DNA of 63,169 bases, counting the filler, from Reticulomyxa filosa (lineage: Eukaryota; Protista; Foraminifera), in assembly GCA_000512085.1 (NCBI GenBank). It is 17 parts of 17 records of this genome, joined end to end, with 100 filler letters (N's around TTAATTAATTAA, not from the genome) between each part and the next. Parts side by side here need not be neighbours in the genome. Positions count along the whole stretch, not along the records: positions 1 to 16,486 come from ASPP01023582.1; positions 16,587 to 23,162 come from ASPP01005350.1; positions 23,263 to 27,802 come from ASPP01025536.1; 14 more parts are not named here. One strand, written 5' to 3'. This document shows positions 14,496 to 27,500 of this stretch, piece after piece. A model generated the notes under the pieces. It saw only the letters and a program-made list of their open reading frames with translations. It was not told where the DNA came from and searched no databases. The stretch's first letter is position 1. Every line of letters begins with the position of its first letter. A program made the translations under genes and the position numbers.

Positions 14496-14864
14496 TTTTT
14501 TTTTTTGTGACTATAATGTTTTCAACAAAAAAAAATTATTACATTCGTTAAAACCCTTCTGTTCTCGTTTATCTACTTTTTGGCAAACCAGTTTGCTTTA
14601 TTTGAGAATTATATTATTATTTTGATAGTTGTTCTAGCCAAACGAGACCTTAGCTAGTATTTTCAATTTTTCAATTTGTTTCTTTAACTTTTGTGAGCGT
14701 TATGCTTCCAAACACTTTGTTTGTACAGTTTAACTTGGTTAAATGGGATATAACCAGAAAAACAGATGCAAAAGACTCACGAGTGTATCTTTGGGGACTG
14801 CTTTCGATATTTTTTTTTAATGATTAATAATTTTTTCGATATGCCAAATCAAAAATGTCCATTT

Positions 14865-15720
14865 CAGTATAGAAGCAAAAATCAATTTCTTGCCACGGGA
14901 CTCAAAAGCAACAGATAATAGAAGGAGTGGCGGAAACAGTGGATATCAAGTGATTGGTGTGGCACGAACATGTGGATTGATTCTGATAATGTTGGACACT
15001 TCAAAGCATTGCAACACAAGAAAATTATAGAAGAAGAATTGGAAGATTTTGGAATACGCTTGAATAAAAAGCCACCAAAAATCAAAATAAAAAATTGGAA
15101 AAAGGTTCTGTCAATGTCATCAAAATCGTCAAGCAAACACATTTGGAGGATCAGCTTGTTATGTAAAAAAGGAGATATAAAATATTTATAAATGTGTGCG
15201 TATACATTTATTTATTTGATTTATTTGTAATTTTTTTTTTAGATTACGAAATTATGCAAAGAGTTTCGCTATAACAGTGCAGAAGTTACAATACGTCAAG
15301 ACGCGACAATGGACGATTTGATCGATACATTGGAAGACAATCGGGTGTATATCACTTACTTATGTGTTGAATAAGATTGATAAAATATCAATTGATGAGT
15401 TGCCAATGTTAAGTAAGATTCAACACGTCATTCCCATTTCTGGTAAGACGAATGGAATATTCAAGAATTACTAGAAGAAATTTGGAAAGAATTGAAAACT
15501 ATTCAAATGTACACAAAACCCAAAGGACAAACCCCAGATTTAGATGATCATGTAATTCTGTCCAAAGACAAATGCACTGTCGAAGATTTTTGTTTAAAAA
15601 TACATAAAAGATTCAGAAGAGTTTAACTATGCATGGTGTGGAAACTTCTGCCAAATTTAACACAAAAAGTTGGCAAATCACAAATTTGATGAAGATGCCG
15701 CTCAGATCGTAAAAACATAA
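14865..15720 (+). pseudogene. DRG1: DRG1-like developmentally regulated GTPase pseudogene
   Basis: Fragments QVIGVARTC, HKKIIEEELEDFGIRLNKKPP, IRQDATMDDLID..NRVYI, YTKPKGQTPD, TVEDFCLKIHK, QKVG and DEDAAQIVK lie in shifting frames with stops; an intron is retained. Start approximate. Confidence 0.85.
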
Positions 15721-16486
15721 TCACAAATGATAATTTTTTTTACTTGGTATCTTCATTCAAACAAAATAATCAATTTTTTTTATTGATATTCAGATTTATT
15801 CTATACAATACAACTTTTAATCAAAAGTAATACATTCTTCTAAAAGCTATTCTTTCGAATCTTTTGATGCACTTTGAAATCTTTCATAAACTATTTCAAT
15901 ATCATTTATTATTTAAAAAATTAATATACATAATGTGTATTGATTGTAATTGTCATTTACACATGTGAAGACAGTTGATGAAACAACGTTCAGTGACTGC
16001 TTTCAAATCTGTCTTTGTATGATTTCCCGAACGCCGTTCTAAATATCCGCCTTTTGGGAAGGAAGAAGCGGTCGCAGTCTGTACTGCAATATGGACATAT
16101 AAACTATTTTTAAACTCTTTCTTTGTTCTTCTTTTTTAAAATCTTCAAATTATCTCTTTTTAGTAAAACAACGGTAGCTGCAGCATTTCTCTCTTAGCAA
16201 AAACGGTGAAAATGTATTTGAAAAAGAAATTTGACATGGTAAACATTTTCAAAAATTGATGAAGAACATGTTGATATTTTAGAAAATAAACATTATCATA
16301 ACTGTGTCACATGATCGAAATTGAAAACATATTTTTTTTCAAGAAAAAGTACTTCTGACAATTATTCGAAATACCATGCCAGAAGAACTAATGTGCTGTC
16401 TCCACAAACAGGGAATATTATTGTGAATCATTTTATTGAACTTGATATGTTTGTAGGAGAAGTTCCTATAAAGTAAAAGGGGCTGA

Positions 16487-16586
16487 NNNNNNNNNNNNNN
16501 NNNNNNNNNNNNNNNNNNNNNNNNNNNNNNTTAATTAATTAANNNNNNNNNNNNNNNNNNNNNNNNNNNNNNNNNNNNNNNNNNNN
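16487..16586. other. Artificial contig linker N44-TTAATTAATTAA-N44 (first of 16)
   Basis: Identical 100-bp linker with stops in all six frames. Other copies start at 23163, 27803, 29282, 30476, 33672, 35202, 36554, 45453, 46679, 48804, 51658, 54876, 58439, 59763 and 61231. Confidence 0.97.
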
Positions 16587-16610
16587 TTAACTTGTGCCTT
16601 TTTTTTTTAG

Positions 16611-17170
16611 GATGGTGTCCGGTTGGATGTGATATAACATTGCAAGAGAATGACGACTGGTTTTGTGTAGCCAATGTCCTATTGAAATCCTTGGATGAAT
16701 TGATAACGATTTATCATGACACTGTTGGAAATAATGGCGTCTTGGAAATGGATTTTGCAATTGACACCACTGGCAATGTTCATCCTAATCAGGCTGCCCA
16801 GTATAAAGCACTTGGAGATACAATCCGAAACTGCTATTCCACGCCCATTGCATCAACCAATGCAATTCTCAATGGTACAGCCAATACCACGCTGCAATTG
16901 TCATTGCCGCTTCATACCTATGACGTGCTTGATCGGGTCATTGTTCAAGAAGATATCCAATATGGCCAACGTGTTCGACATTTTTCTATTGAAGTTGATG
17001 GCCAAGGTGTCGCCAACTGGACATCTGTTGGGCACAAAAAAATTTTGTTGTTTGAAAAGGTTTTCACTGATGTCACTTCTGTTGCTTTGGTGATTGACCA
17101 ATTTGTTGGGGATGCTGTATTCATTAGCAACTTTGCTGCATTCAAGCCTTGTGCCAATGTAAATTTGTAA
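16611..17170 (+). CDS. Alpha-L-fucosidase (GH29), 3' exon; 5' part lost at contig end
   Basis: WCPVGCDITL..WF, KSLDELITIYHDTVGNNGVL, QEDIQYGQRVRHF and TSVGHKKI resemble the GH29 C-terminal half. Acceptor ttttttttag ends at 16610. Confidence 0.8.
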
Positions 17171-17831
17171 ACTATTTTTCAAAACATTCTTGACTTTATT
17201 TTTCTTTTTAATTCATTGTAGCTCTGTCTCTTCATTTTTTTTTTGACGTGAAAGTGGAAAATGCAATTACAAACTTGGAAGGACATTCTGTGTCATGTTG
17301 ATGTAGGATAATACTACACAATACAGGTATGGAGAGGGTTCAATAAGACTGTCTATTGTCTTTGCTGTACAACTGAACTGCTGACTACAGTACACAGCGT
17401 TTTCGTTTGTTCAAAATTTTTTATTTAAAATCCAAAAAAGATTTGAAAAATACCAAAAAAACTCTACGTAATGATCCGAGGATCATGGAGGTTTTGACAA
17501 AAAATATTACTATGAGAAAGACAAGTCTTTTTTACAGTACTAATTTTGTGAATATGCTTGACAGATATTAGTATACGTATTTTGTACGGCGGCCAGCGAA
17601 TCAAAGTATTTAAGGCATGTTGTCCATTTATATTTTAAAAAAATTAAAAATACAAAACTGCCAATGTCAAGAAACGCTTGGGCATTAAGGCAGTTCGTAT
17701 TTGAATAGGATTATTTTTACACACACGCATTATGTAGACAAGTTTGCTAGTGCCCACACACACATCAAAAAGAAAATCAAAAATATAAGGATCAACAAAA
17801 AAAAAAAAAAGGGTGCTTTCGGTTCAATCTT

Positions 17832-18480
17832 TTAATTGTTATCTTTGTAGGCATTGCCTGCACCAACTAAAATGTTAATCGTTTGTCCAAAAGTTGCAAA
17901 CACAGCCGAGAAATAAGCGATAGCGCGCCAGGGCATAAGTTCATATACGTAGCAAAGGGAATGTAGTAATCGTCCAGCGGTGAAAATGATAGCGAGGGCA
18001 GCAGTTGCATTATTAGATGTGTTACTGACGAGGTTCACAAAATATGCGATCCACAACAGCAACAGCCCCACTGGAATGTTTTCCAAGTCATTGAGCACGA
18101 TCCTTTGCCATCGTTTTTCCCGTCAAAGCTCGCTGTCAAAATAAAAAACAAACAAAAGGGATGTTATCTTTTTCTTCTTCTCATTGATATTCACCAATTA
18201 TTGTACCTGCGGACGCGGCGTTATTTTCTGCGCCATATTGTGTTCCATTTTTTTTGTTTAAGTCATTTTGAAATCCGTCCTTTTTGTTTTTTTTTTATGT
18301 GCTATTTATTTCACAGTGAAAAAATTTTAACTAGCGATCAAAAAAAAAAAATTTGGGCACTATTCAAACTTCAGGAGCTCTCGTACGGTGTTTTCCTTGT
18401 AGCAACGTCGTAAGCCAAAATTTAAAAAAAATTAAAAAGTTACAGATGGCAAGGATCAATAACACGGAACTATTTTTCAT
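17832..18480 (-). CDS. MAPEG-family membrane protein (microsomal GST/PTGES-like), 3 exons, apparent 1-bp frameshift
   Basis: MKNSSVLLILAICNFLIFFKFW..RAPE|DG, then RWQRIVLNDLENIP and FTAGRLLHSLCY. The frame breaks near 18120 in a homopolymer run. Confidence 0.8.
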
Positions 18481-18751
18481 TGTGAGGGTCTTATTCAAAT
18501 GTTGAAAGTTTTAGGTCTTTCTTAAAAAAAGCTTTTCTTTTAAGTCTAGAACTTTTTTTTCCCTGTTTGATATGAAAAATAGTGAAAAGTTGTCTGGATC
18601 AAATATATTGATTAAAAGTAGTTTATTTTGATGAAGTATGTTATCAAAACTACAAATTTCTGTTATGTGAAAGTATGAGACTGGATAGTCGTAAAACTCT
18701 TTTTTTTTCTTTTCTGGCGAGGTTCGGAGTTCTTGGGCTGGAGTTGCAGAT

Positions 18752-20151
18752 ATGTTCACGCCATTTCAATATTCGCTCAAAAATGACGCCCAAGTCGTTG
18801 TTGTAAAAGTCGGTTGTCACCACACGAGTATTAACACAATATCCACGTTCAACAGGTGCAACGACCATAACAACAACACCAATTACCATCAACACCAATG
18901 TCAGCAATCAAACCAACAATCTACAGAGCAATATACCAACAATCGCAACAACAATCGCAACAACAATCACGCAAATCGTAGATATAAAGGCAATATGCCA
19001 AGTTCGTGTGTCCAATCACTGGTTTTGTAAAAATAAAAAATCATGGAGTCACTCGATATTGTGTGACCTTGCACTACAGTTACTTTCACTATACATTTTT
19101 CTCAATTAAAAAAAAAAAAAAAAAGAGTTAAAGAAGTATGGAAAAATCACTTGGTAATGATAATATGACAATGTGTTCAGATTTCATATATCAAAAAAAA
19201 AAAAAAAATAGATTGCGCATCAGAACTTCCAATAGAGATTTGCCCAAGTCAAGGCAACAATGTGGGCTTACATAGCCACGACAACGCACACACAATCGAT
19301 TGGATTATCGACGCTGTTTGTGTTGAGCAAGTGGCGAGAATTATACGGCAGATGTTTATAAGTGCACTGCCAATATATTTGCACACGATACATCGGGCGT
19401 GAATGTGAAATTATCTTTACACACGCCAATGGAACAGAAGACTGGGCATCCAAAGTGCACTTTGTTGGTATCAAAGGCGTCTGAGATTTCGTATGAGAAT
19501 AAAAGGGCGCTTATCAATGGCGATGGTAATTGGCCACGTTGGCAAAGCTCGCAAGTAGTTGGAAAACGTCGTTGGATTGTGCGATCATCACTATTTATAG
19601 CAATGATCTACTATCGCATCGATATGATCGTGCTGAACTTACTATCCTCACACAATGGCACATACTTGCAGAATATAAAGGGCCGATCCACGACGATGGC
19701 GCATTGCGCAGCAACAAACTGACAGTCGAGCAAAGCAATTCAGACACTGCCAATTGGTATACCTATAACAATTTTCTTGATTTACGTATAAATATATGTA
19801 TATACTTTGTGTAAAATTATTCTTTTGAAATAAATACAAAAAAACAATGTATAACTGTTGTGTACGTGGTACATATTATTAAAAAAACGTATAGAGTGCC
19901 AACGACAGCACCAACACCAACAACAAGAAGAAAACGGGGTAGAAGCCATCCCCGCCTCCGAAAGGAGTAAAAAAGGTTTGTTTATCTTTTTTTAAATAAG
20001 AATATATTAACATATGTATGATTGTGTACAGGAGTCCCCCGCCCACCGAACAGCGTTACATATTTGTCCCCTACACTACACACATACGAATTGGGGTCGA
20101 AGGCCACCACGTCTCCGAAAGGAGAAATTACGGTATGCTATATTTATATAT
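18752..20151 (+). pseudogene. Degraded Thr/Pro-rich (PT-repeat) extracellular-type gene remnant
   Basis: Exon-like blocks with GT/AG borders encode TTITTTP, PTIATTIATT and VPTTAPTPTT. No continuous frame. Confidence 0.35.
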
Positions 20152-20429
20152 GTGTATAATTTTTTTTGTTAAAATAAAGTGGTTGTATGTATGTTATAAA
20201 TAGGAATTCCCTCAAAGAAAAAAAAAAATATATGTACATATATAATTTTTTTCTTTTTGCCCCATCCCTATATACAAAAAAAAACAAAGTGTGAGTGTTA
20301 TATCACAGGAAAAATAATTTGAAATAGAGCTTGAGCTCCACATCAAAGGTATGTATATTTTTGTTTCTTTAAACATTTAAAAATAATTTTGCTTGTGTGT
20401 TTGGATAGATGTCCAGGATCCAGTGCTGC

Positions 20430-20769
20430 TAAAAAAAAATTGTAGAATGGGAGGGAAAAAGGGGAAAAGTATAAATGGGAAAAAAAGGGGGAAAAAATGA
20501 TATATAAAATGGGGGAAAAAAAAAGGATGTATAAAATAGGGAGGAAAAAAAAGGTAAGAATAAAAAAGGGGATGGAAAAAAAGAAAGATATTAGAAAAAA
20601 ATTATTATTATGATTAGAAAAGAAAAAAATGAAAAAAAATTGATTGAAAATAATAAATGAAAAAAAAGAAAAAAGATAGAATAAAAAATGATTAGAAAAA
20701 ATAAAGAAGATAAAGGAAAAAAAAAGAAAAAAAAGGTGTAAAAAAAAAAAGGAATTGAAAGTGTTGGAG
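20430..20769 (+). repeat. 340-bp cytosine-free A/G-rich degenerate tandem repeat
   Basis: No C on the + strand between 20429 and 20770. Degenerate units of the form ATAAAATGGGGGAAAAAAAAGG. Confidence 0.85.
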
Positions 20770-21179
20770 CAATGACTCCAAAAATTGTTATATTTGGTGG
20801 GTAAATAAAAAGTTAAGTAAGTAAACAAATATATCTATTTTTCATATTTGATTTGTTTAAAATAAAAAAATAGACTGAAAGCGAGCATCAACACAAGTTC
20901 AATGTACAAAAGAAATTATCTAACATTCAATATTTTTCTAACTTTACATAATATACTTGTGTGTTTCCCCAGCTTTTTTGTTATAACACTAAAATAATCA
21001 CTTATTTTTACACATAGGTGGCAAAGGGAAAAAAAAGTATACGTGAATGCGTGTGTGAAGGCCTTAGCAAGAAAAAGAGCGTCGATGTGGTCAAGATATC
21101 TGTTGTTATCAAACGTACATTGGAGGATGCTTTGTAAGATATTGAAATAGATATTATAAATTGTTTTGTGATATACAGA

Positions 21180-23100
21180 CCTGGCGAAATTAGCAAAAAT
21201 TGTTCGCGTATTTGGATAGCGGGGTATATTATTAAGTTGACGTATATCCAGAGTAAGCCTTTACGTCAGTGACAAAAACATTTCGCGTGATAGGAATGAG
21301 CGCAATGGATCTACCTTGCAATGCTGTCAAAGCTATATGCAGCAAAGAAACATTGTGGAGTGGATTGGGTTTCGAGAACCCATGCATTATTGTAACAACA
21401 TATCGTTATATCGGCACAAGTTGAACCGAGCTTCAGAACATCATCCAAGTCGCTATCATATGCGACCACATGCCAGGCCTTTTCCACATGGATATACTCA
21501 GTGTCCTTCTCCGATCTTGCCTAACTTTTTCACCAACTTCCATATCCTGCAGTGAAGCCAACTGTGGATCAGATTATCCATCGATCAAGTTCACACATCT
21601 ATTTGAATATTAGTTTTTATGGAATATGGCTGCATTATCCCTCCCCTCCCATTACCAGCGTTGATCAAAGCGAACAATCTCGCGCATGAAGTTTCGCAAA
21701 CATACCGTGGAAAATATGTTGCAACCTTCGTTCTCCGTTTGTTGCGCTTATCATATTCTCGTGCCCAATCCCGTTAAGACATGTATGTCATGCTATGATA
21801 GATAGAAAAGATTTTTGAACTTGGATTTTTTGGTGAGCAGCTATTGCTGATCTTGCGCTAACTCGACCAGTCCAACGTATGAGTTGTAGTGCGACGTGGA
21901 ATTATCGAAAGTTTTTCCTGGACCCGCAGCGACAGTTCCTCCTATTCTTGCACAAATTACTCCCGAAAAAATTTGTTCGACCACACCCTCCCCAGCAAAA
22001 GTGTACCAACTACTCGCCATTCATATCCTCCCCGACAACAGTCCCAGCTTTGATATCAATGCAAGACCAAGCGGTAATTCTCTCAGTATTCTCAACAACA
22101 TATCATCCAATGTCTTTCCACGCCTTTGCACTATAGCTGTGAAGATGATGCGTATTGCGAGCTGTCAACGTATCGTGGTTGTTGTTGTAAAGTCGTCTTG
22201 GAGTGTGCCAGTACATCGTGTTTTTCCGATTATGTACGATGTATCTTGCCTGCGGATTACTTGTGTCGAACAGTGAAGAACAAGATCGTGCCTGTCGTAC
22301 AAATGGATTTGAATAATGAAATGGTACAGCAACAAAGATCCTCGTTGCAAGGCACATAGAGAATATTCATCAAATTGACACAACAAGAAACGAAGATGGA
22401 GTCATTGCGAATTGGAATGCATATGTATCTAGGATACATATCGTAAAACACACGGTACGCATATCTGTTAACATTTTTAAGTGACGTAGAATTATTGCAG
22501 ATGAATTGCAGGGCGACAGTGATAACAAGCTATCAAACGTGAAAGTAGGAGGAGAAAAAAAAAAAAACAAACTTATTGTCAATGCGTGGGCGTGCAAGTC
22601 TTTTATGTAACAAGAATCGGTGTCAATTGTGGCAGTATCGAGAGTAAGCTATTCTGTGGATACAACGAAGAATGTGACAGCACAAGGATTGATATGAGGA
22701 AATGTTATAGCATTATCGTACAAAGTATCCCTCGGATAGAGGATGCCGAACATCTTCAACCAATTGTTTGATTGTGTAAACACGGAACGATGCAATGATT
22801 GGATAGCAAAATAATCACGTGAAGTCGCGACAATTTCATATTTCAATTCGGAGCCACGTTATGGCTCACTCACTTGTAAAATATAGGTACATATGCGATT
22901 CAAGATATTGAAGAATGCTCCAAACGGATTGTTGAAAAGAAGTGCGCAGTGCAAATGGGGGTTTAATAACCATCGTGCAATCAATAATGGCTCCATTTTC
23001 GCAATGTGCGCTTAATTCAATTGCCGCTCCGTGGTGCAAATCGTAATTTTATTGTTACTAGCATAATGGATATTGATTGATCACACTTCCGGACTCAATC
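21180..23100 (+). pseudogene. Degraded Cys-rich coding remnant of unknown family
   Basis: GC content is coding-like. Short Cys-rich fragments (YSCEDDAYC, CASTSCF, CGYNEEC) are broken by many stops and frameshifts. Confidence 0.3.
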
Positions 23101-23447
23101 TAAATTTGACGAACCAATCATATAAAAAGCGTGCAAAAAAAAAAAAAAAAAAAAAAAAAAAANNNNNNNNNNNNNNNNNNNNNNNNNNNNNNNNNNNNNN
23201 NNNNNNTTAATTAATTAANNNNNNNNNNNNNNNNNNNNNNNNNNNNNNNNNNNNNNNNNNNNAGAATTGAGTTCCTATAAGCATAGGATCATAATCCATA
23301 AACCAAAATATGTTTGTTCGATTCCCACTTGATTGGGGAACATATATACACAAAAAAAACAATATTTTTTCTTTTCATTGCTTTTCGTGACTTAAAAATT
23401 GGATAAGAATTTGCAAGAAATTTCATTAGGGTTTAAAAAAAAAAATT

Positions 23448-24255
23448 ATGAAAAAATTGGTTGAAAGAAACCAGAAGAGATTCCAAGAAACTTAATAAAA
23501 GACTTGAACATGCATTTCGAAAGCTGAAACGAGACAGGATCTTATCTGCAAACACAATATGCGAAAGCAAAGACAAAATAAAAATCACATACGAATATGG
23601 AAACTCGCAAAAATAAGAAGTAGTCAAGTTTGAGGATGGGGATATTATAATTGCTATCGGATTTCTTAGTGTACATACACGTATATGTATAATAGTAATT
23701 TATCTGTCTATCCTTTGCATATGATACAACCGGAAGGTATGTCGGAAAATTGCAGAAACAACATCGATCCACGGAAAACTACTACATCGGAATGGAATGC
23801 TTTGAAGAAATAAAAGATGGGCACAATGGATGTATTGACAATGTAGAATATTTTTTCACGGGAATGGGCAAACAAACTGGAGCGTTGATCCCCTTTTCCC
23901 ATTTCAAATGTAAAATACATGACATTTGTTTCATTCAATTCTCCTTTCAATGTTATCTGCGTTCCATTGCTGTTTTGGATCAGTTTTATATACTATATTA
24001 TGTATACACATAATATATAATATATATATGTATATATATATATTATATATTGTATTTGTATGAAAACATAGCATCAACTCAAGCTCAAAAAATGCATGCT
24101 CCGTTGGTGTATTGCTCGTCTGCTAAATCAGTAAATGTTGCTAAAATTGTCAGGTCATTGACGTGATCAAGGTGTTCAATATGGCCACCAAAGTTGAAAA
24201 ATTCCACAATGAATTAACTGAACATATTTTGGAACACAATCTTCAAGTGGTATAA
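23448..24255 (+). pseudogene. Spg1/Tem1-like small GTPase pseudogene
   Basis: C-terminal KMHAPLVYCSSAKSVNVAKI..KVFNM..EHILEH resembles the Spg1 C-terminus (AMKASLVFCS..SINVQKIF..KVF..PILEY). The 5' part is frameshifted. Confidence 0.65.
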
Positions 24256-25056
24256 TTTTTTTAATATTATAAACGTAGTTTTTTTCAGAAACAAAAGTCT
24301 TTTTTTTTAAATGAAATTGTCATCGTTTTTCTTTTTTTTCTAAATTTTTTTGGTTCCATCTTTGGTTCTTAGGACATGTGAAATCTTCGTAATAAATAAC
24401 AGTTTTTTGCATTAAAAAATATATAGTAGTATGGAATTTCCAGCTTGTTTGTTATCCAAACTATGTTGTAGAAATCTTTTCGCAATTGACTTAACCAAAA
24501 ACTGTGTTATTGAATTTCAAAATTTTGTTGATAATAATTTGAGAATGCTTTTTTACAGCAAATATTCTACAAGACGCTTTGCATCAAATTTTTTTTTGGA
24601 AGCACAATTCTTTTTAGTTTCAACTCAAACCAAAACTGTTTTGAATCTTTATTACCCGAATTAATTTTTTTGTAAAATACGAACATTTATTCGTTCATTG
24701 GTATATAACCTGTTTATAATGACTATGTTTTGTGTCAAACTATTTTACACTAGTTTTAACATCATATTTGAGATTTCATTCTTTATTAGTTTGCACAACA
24801 CTATTTTTTTTGACTGAAAATACTTTGCAATGTAGACTTTTTTTTAAGAGTGGTCTCACTGTTCACTAAATTTTTTTTTGAGTAATAGGTATTATTGTGT
24901 TTCATCGAAACAATGGCACCACTTGTCATAAGTCGTGAACATTCCAAAAAATAAGATTGTCTTTTACAAACTTCACAAAAAAGAGTTTGAAAGATAACAA
25001 AAAAAGTGACTTGGACTAGCATATGCTTTAAAAAAAAAAACAAATCAATATCTTCT

Positions 25057-25560
25057 TTAGCAAAAGAAATAGTCATTTTCAATCAAAACATCTTCACCAA
25101 TGGCTTGTAAGAACTCTTGTTTGTTAAGTTTGCCAGTGGGATTTGATTTGGTTTCATTTTTGGCAATATCTAGCAATTGACTGTCAGAGATTTGTTTGCC
25201 TACCATATCTCGCAACAATGTACACAAATCATTAGTCGAAATTTCACCATTGTTGTTGATGTCATAACAGCGAAATGCTAAATTCAATTTTTCTTGTTTC
25301 GACGCCGAGGCACTAAATGTCCATAACATTTTTACAAAGTCTCGGAAGTTTATTTGGTTGCGATCTTCGACGTTAAATAATTGATTATTCGTTTGCATAA
25401 TAGATTCAATGATAATTCGGGAATCCATTCCAAATCATTACTCGTTATAAAACCTATATGATTACAGTCCAAATGCTCAAATCGTTTATATAACTTCTTT
25501 ATTTATGCTGCACTAAACTGTGAAGTACTTTCATCTTTTAATTCTTCTATATCTTCTGGT
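25057..25560 (-). pseudogene. Calcineurin B / CHP-like EF-hand protein pseudogene
   Basis: FSAA*IKKLYKRFEHLD..IPELSLN, then a frameshift to INFRDFVKMLWTF..EKLNLAFRCYDINNNGEISTNDL..MVG. One in-frame TAA plus a frameshift. Confidence 0.85.
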
Positions 25561-25679
25561 CCTCTCGTCACTTATGCTATTTGAATAGACGGGATTTGCA
25601 GAAATAATCTATATGGAAAGGGGGTCTGTCAAAAAAAGAAGAAGAAAAAAAAAACTATACAAAAATGGTATTTTTTAAA

Positions 25680-26373
25680 AAAGACATTTGGGTTTGAACT
25701 TGTGGTGCTGAGTGCTGTGAAGCCACAGACTTTTTTTGAATGTACGTCTCCTCTTTCACTTCGGGTTCTTCCGGCAAAAGTTGTTCCACTGCTTGGGATT
25801 CATCCGTTGCATTCGCAGGCTCTGCGCTTTTACAATCGTCCTCACTATTTTCATCAACAGCGTACCACCAGCCACTTGGGCTTACCTGTACATTGCGAAA
25901 AAAATTTTAAAAAAACAAGCAAGACATTCCATTTATTCAAAACATTGCCCACAGTTGTTTGAAGAACGAAACACATAAACAAATAAACAGGTTCATACCT
26001 GCATAATGACGTACTTGCATCCTTCACGCAAGTCCAACTCGTCTGCAACTGAACCGTAGTAGTCGTTAATAGCATGGCAACGAAACTCATCTTCCATTTC
26101 AGCAATGATCTTGAAAAAAGCTCAAAAATAATCATCTAAATAATTGAACCCTTTTGTCTTTTGAATCCAATTCAGTACAATGAATGCTACGTTTGCAATC
26201 AAAGCCAAAAACTTTCTTGCGTTTACAAATATTTGTCCTTTGGAGAAATGCGGCAGTGAACCCTCCAAGAAGTCTTGCACTTCTTTATGTGATCTTTTTT
26301 CTTTTGATTGCACCAGATCTTGGAAATCAAAGTGTTGGGTGGGTTTTGCATTTGTCTTCTTTTCTTCTTCCAT
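25680..26373 (-). pseudogene. Unknown membrane-protein gene, disrupted
   Basis: MEEEKKTNAK.. with hydrophobic FLALIANVAFIVL; frameshift near 26125; later exon-like acidic segment. Confidence 0.4.
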
Positions 26374-27039
26374 TGTGCCAAAATGTCTTTTCATTGTTCA
26401 AGCAAATTTGTTTTTCTAAAAAAAAAACAAGCCCCTTGGACACTAAGAAAATGAAAGGAACATTATCTAACTGATGAAATAAAATCCAATATTGCATATA
26501 CATATATATATATTTTTTTTTTAAATAAGAATGGAACAATTATTGATATTTACTATGTGGATTTTTATTTTGGAGTGAAATAAGACAAACGCATTTCCGA
26601 ATTGAAAAGTCAAAAATAAAAAATGAAATACATTTCCTTCTTCTCTCTTGAAGAGAAACAACAATTTGAAAAAATTTTTGAACGTTGAGTCAGAATAGAC
26701 AGAATGGAGTCTATAAAAAAAAAAGATTATTTCACGCTTGACAAGACAATAAAATTTTGGCTAATAGAAAAATAAAAAAGTCTTTGTTTTTTTTATTTAA
26801 TTTTCATTTTCATTTTGGAAACTAAAAAATAAACACTCTCTATTTTCATGCTAAAAGGTAAAATGATAATTTCAAAAGTAAAAATTAATTTTTTTAAATT
26901 TAAACATCACTATCCTCGCAAGACAAGAGCAACTAAATGGCTTACCAAGACTGCCACGGCTCCTCGTTTAACCAACACCTGCGAGCAGGAAAAGAAGATG
27001 GAGAGTTTGACCAAAAGAAAGCGAAAAAAAGCAAGAAAG

Positions 27040-27500
27040 ATGAGTTTCCGGTCTTTGGACATGAGCTATATCCAGATAATTTTGCCAACAGCAGTAGCGG
27101 AAGAATTTGCGGATTCGGTTGGCCGAGAGGGTTGCATTCAATTTACGGACTTGAATGAAGACGTGCAACCGTTCTAACGGCCCTACACGAAAGACATTGT
27201 CCGTATTCAAGAGATTGAAAGAAGGGTTAAAGACATTCAAAATCAGCTGAAGGAATACAGAGTAGTATTTCAGCCAAATGACGCCGTCCGAGTTTTGCAC
27301 TCATCGAAGACATGCTACGGTTGATACGATCCAAGTTGCGTGTTTTGCGAAAAAAAAGTGTTCTTTTTTTTTTTGCATATGCGTGGGTATCAAAACTTTG
27401 AGTGAAAAAAAAAATTACAAATATCAGAGAGACGTCTACAAAACGTCTCAAGAGCTGAAAACGCAAGTGCAGAAAAGGATTTGAAAAAACGACCGGTGAA
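27040..27500 (+). pseudogene. V-type ATPase subunit a (N-terminal part) pseudogene
   Basis: MSFRSLDMSYIQIIL..GCIQFTDLNEDVQPF*RPYTKDIVRIQEIERRV matches the subunit-a N-terminus (FRS..M, QF.DLN..V..FQR). TAA at 27175 replaces the conserved Gln; frameshift downstream. Confidence 0.88.

Noticed and set aside
18123-18125. In-frame TGA upstream of RWQR as selenocysteine
   Set aside because: Splice phase places this triplet out of frame, no SECIS was recognised, and a 1-bp indel explains it.
21420-21720. Possible Piwi/Argonaute C-terminus
   Set aside because: Only vague similarity assembled from different frames; no DG/GT.RP motifs.
23281-23330. GGATCATAATCC plus GTTCGATTCCC as tRNA-Met
   Set aside because: Six-nt loop and no T-stem or acceptor pairing.
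27175-27177. TAA at a conserved Gln suggesting a ciliate-type genetic code
   Set aside because: Intact genes end at TAA at the expected C-termini (ACMSD, ERGIC3, GH29) and contain no internal TAR. The affected genes also have frameshifts, so this is a CAA>TAA pseudogene mutation.
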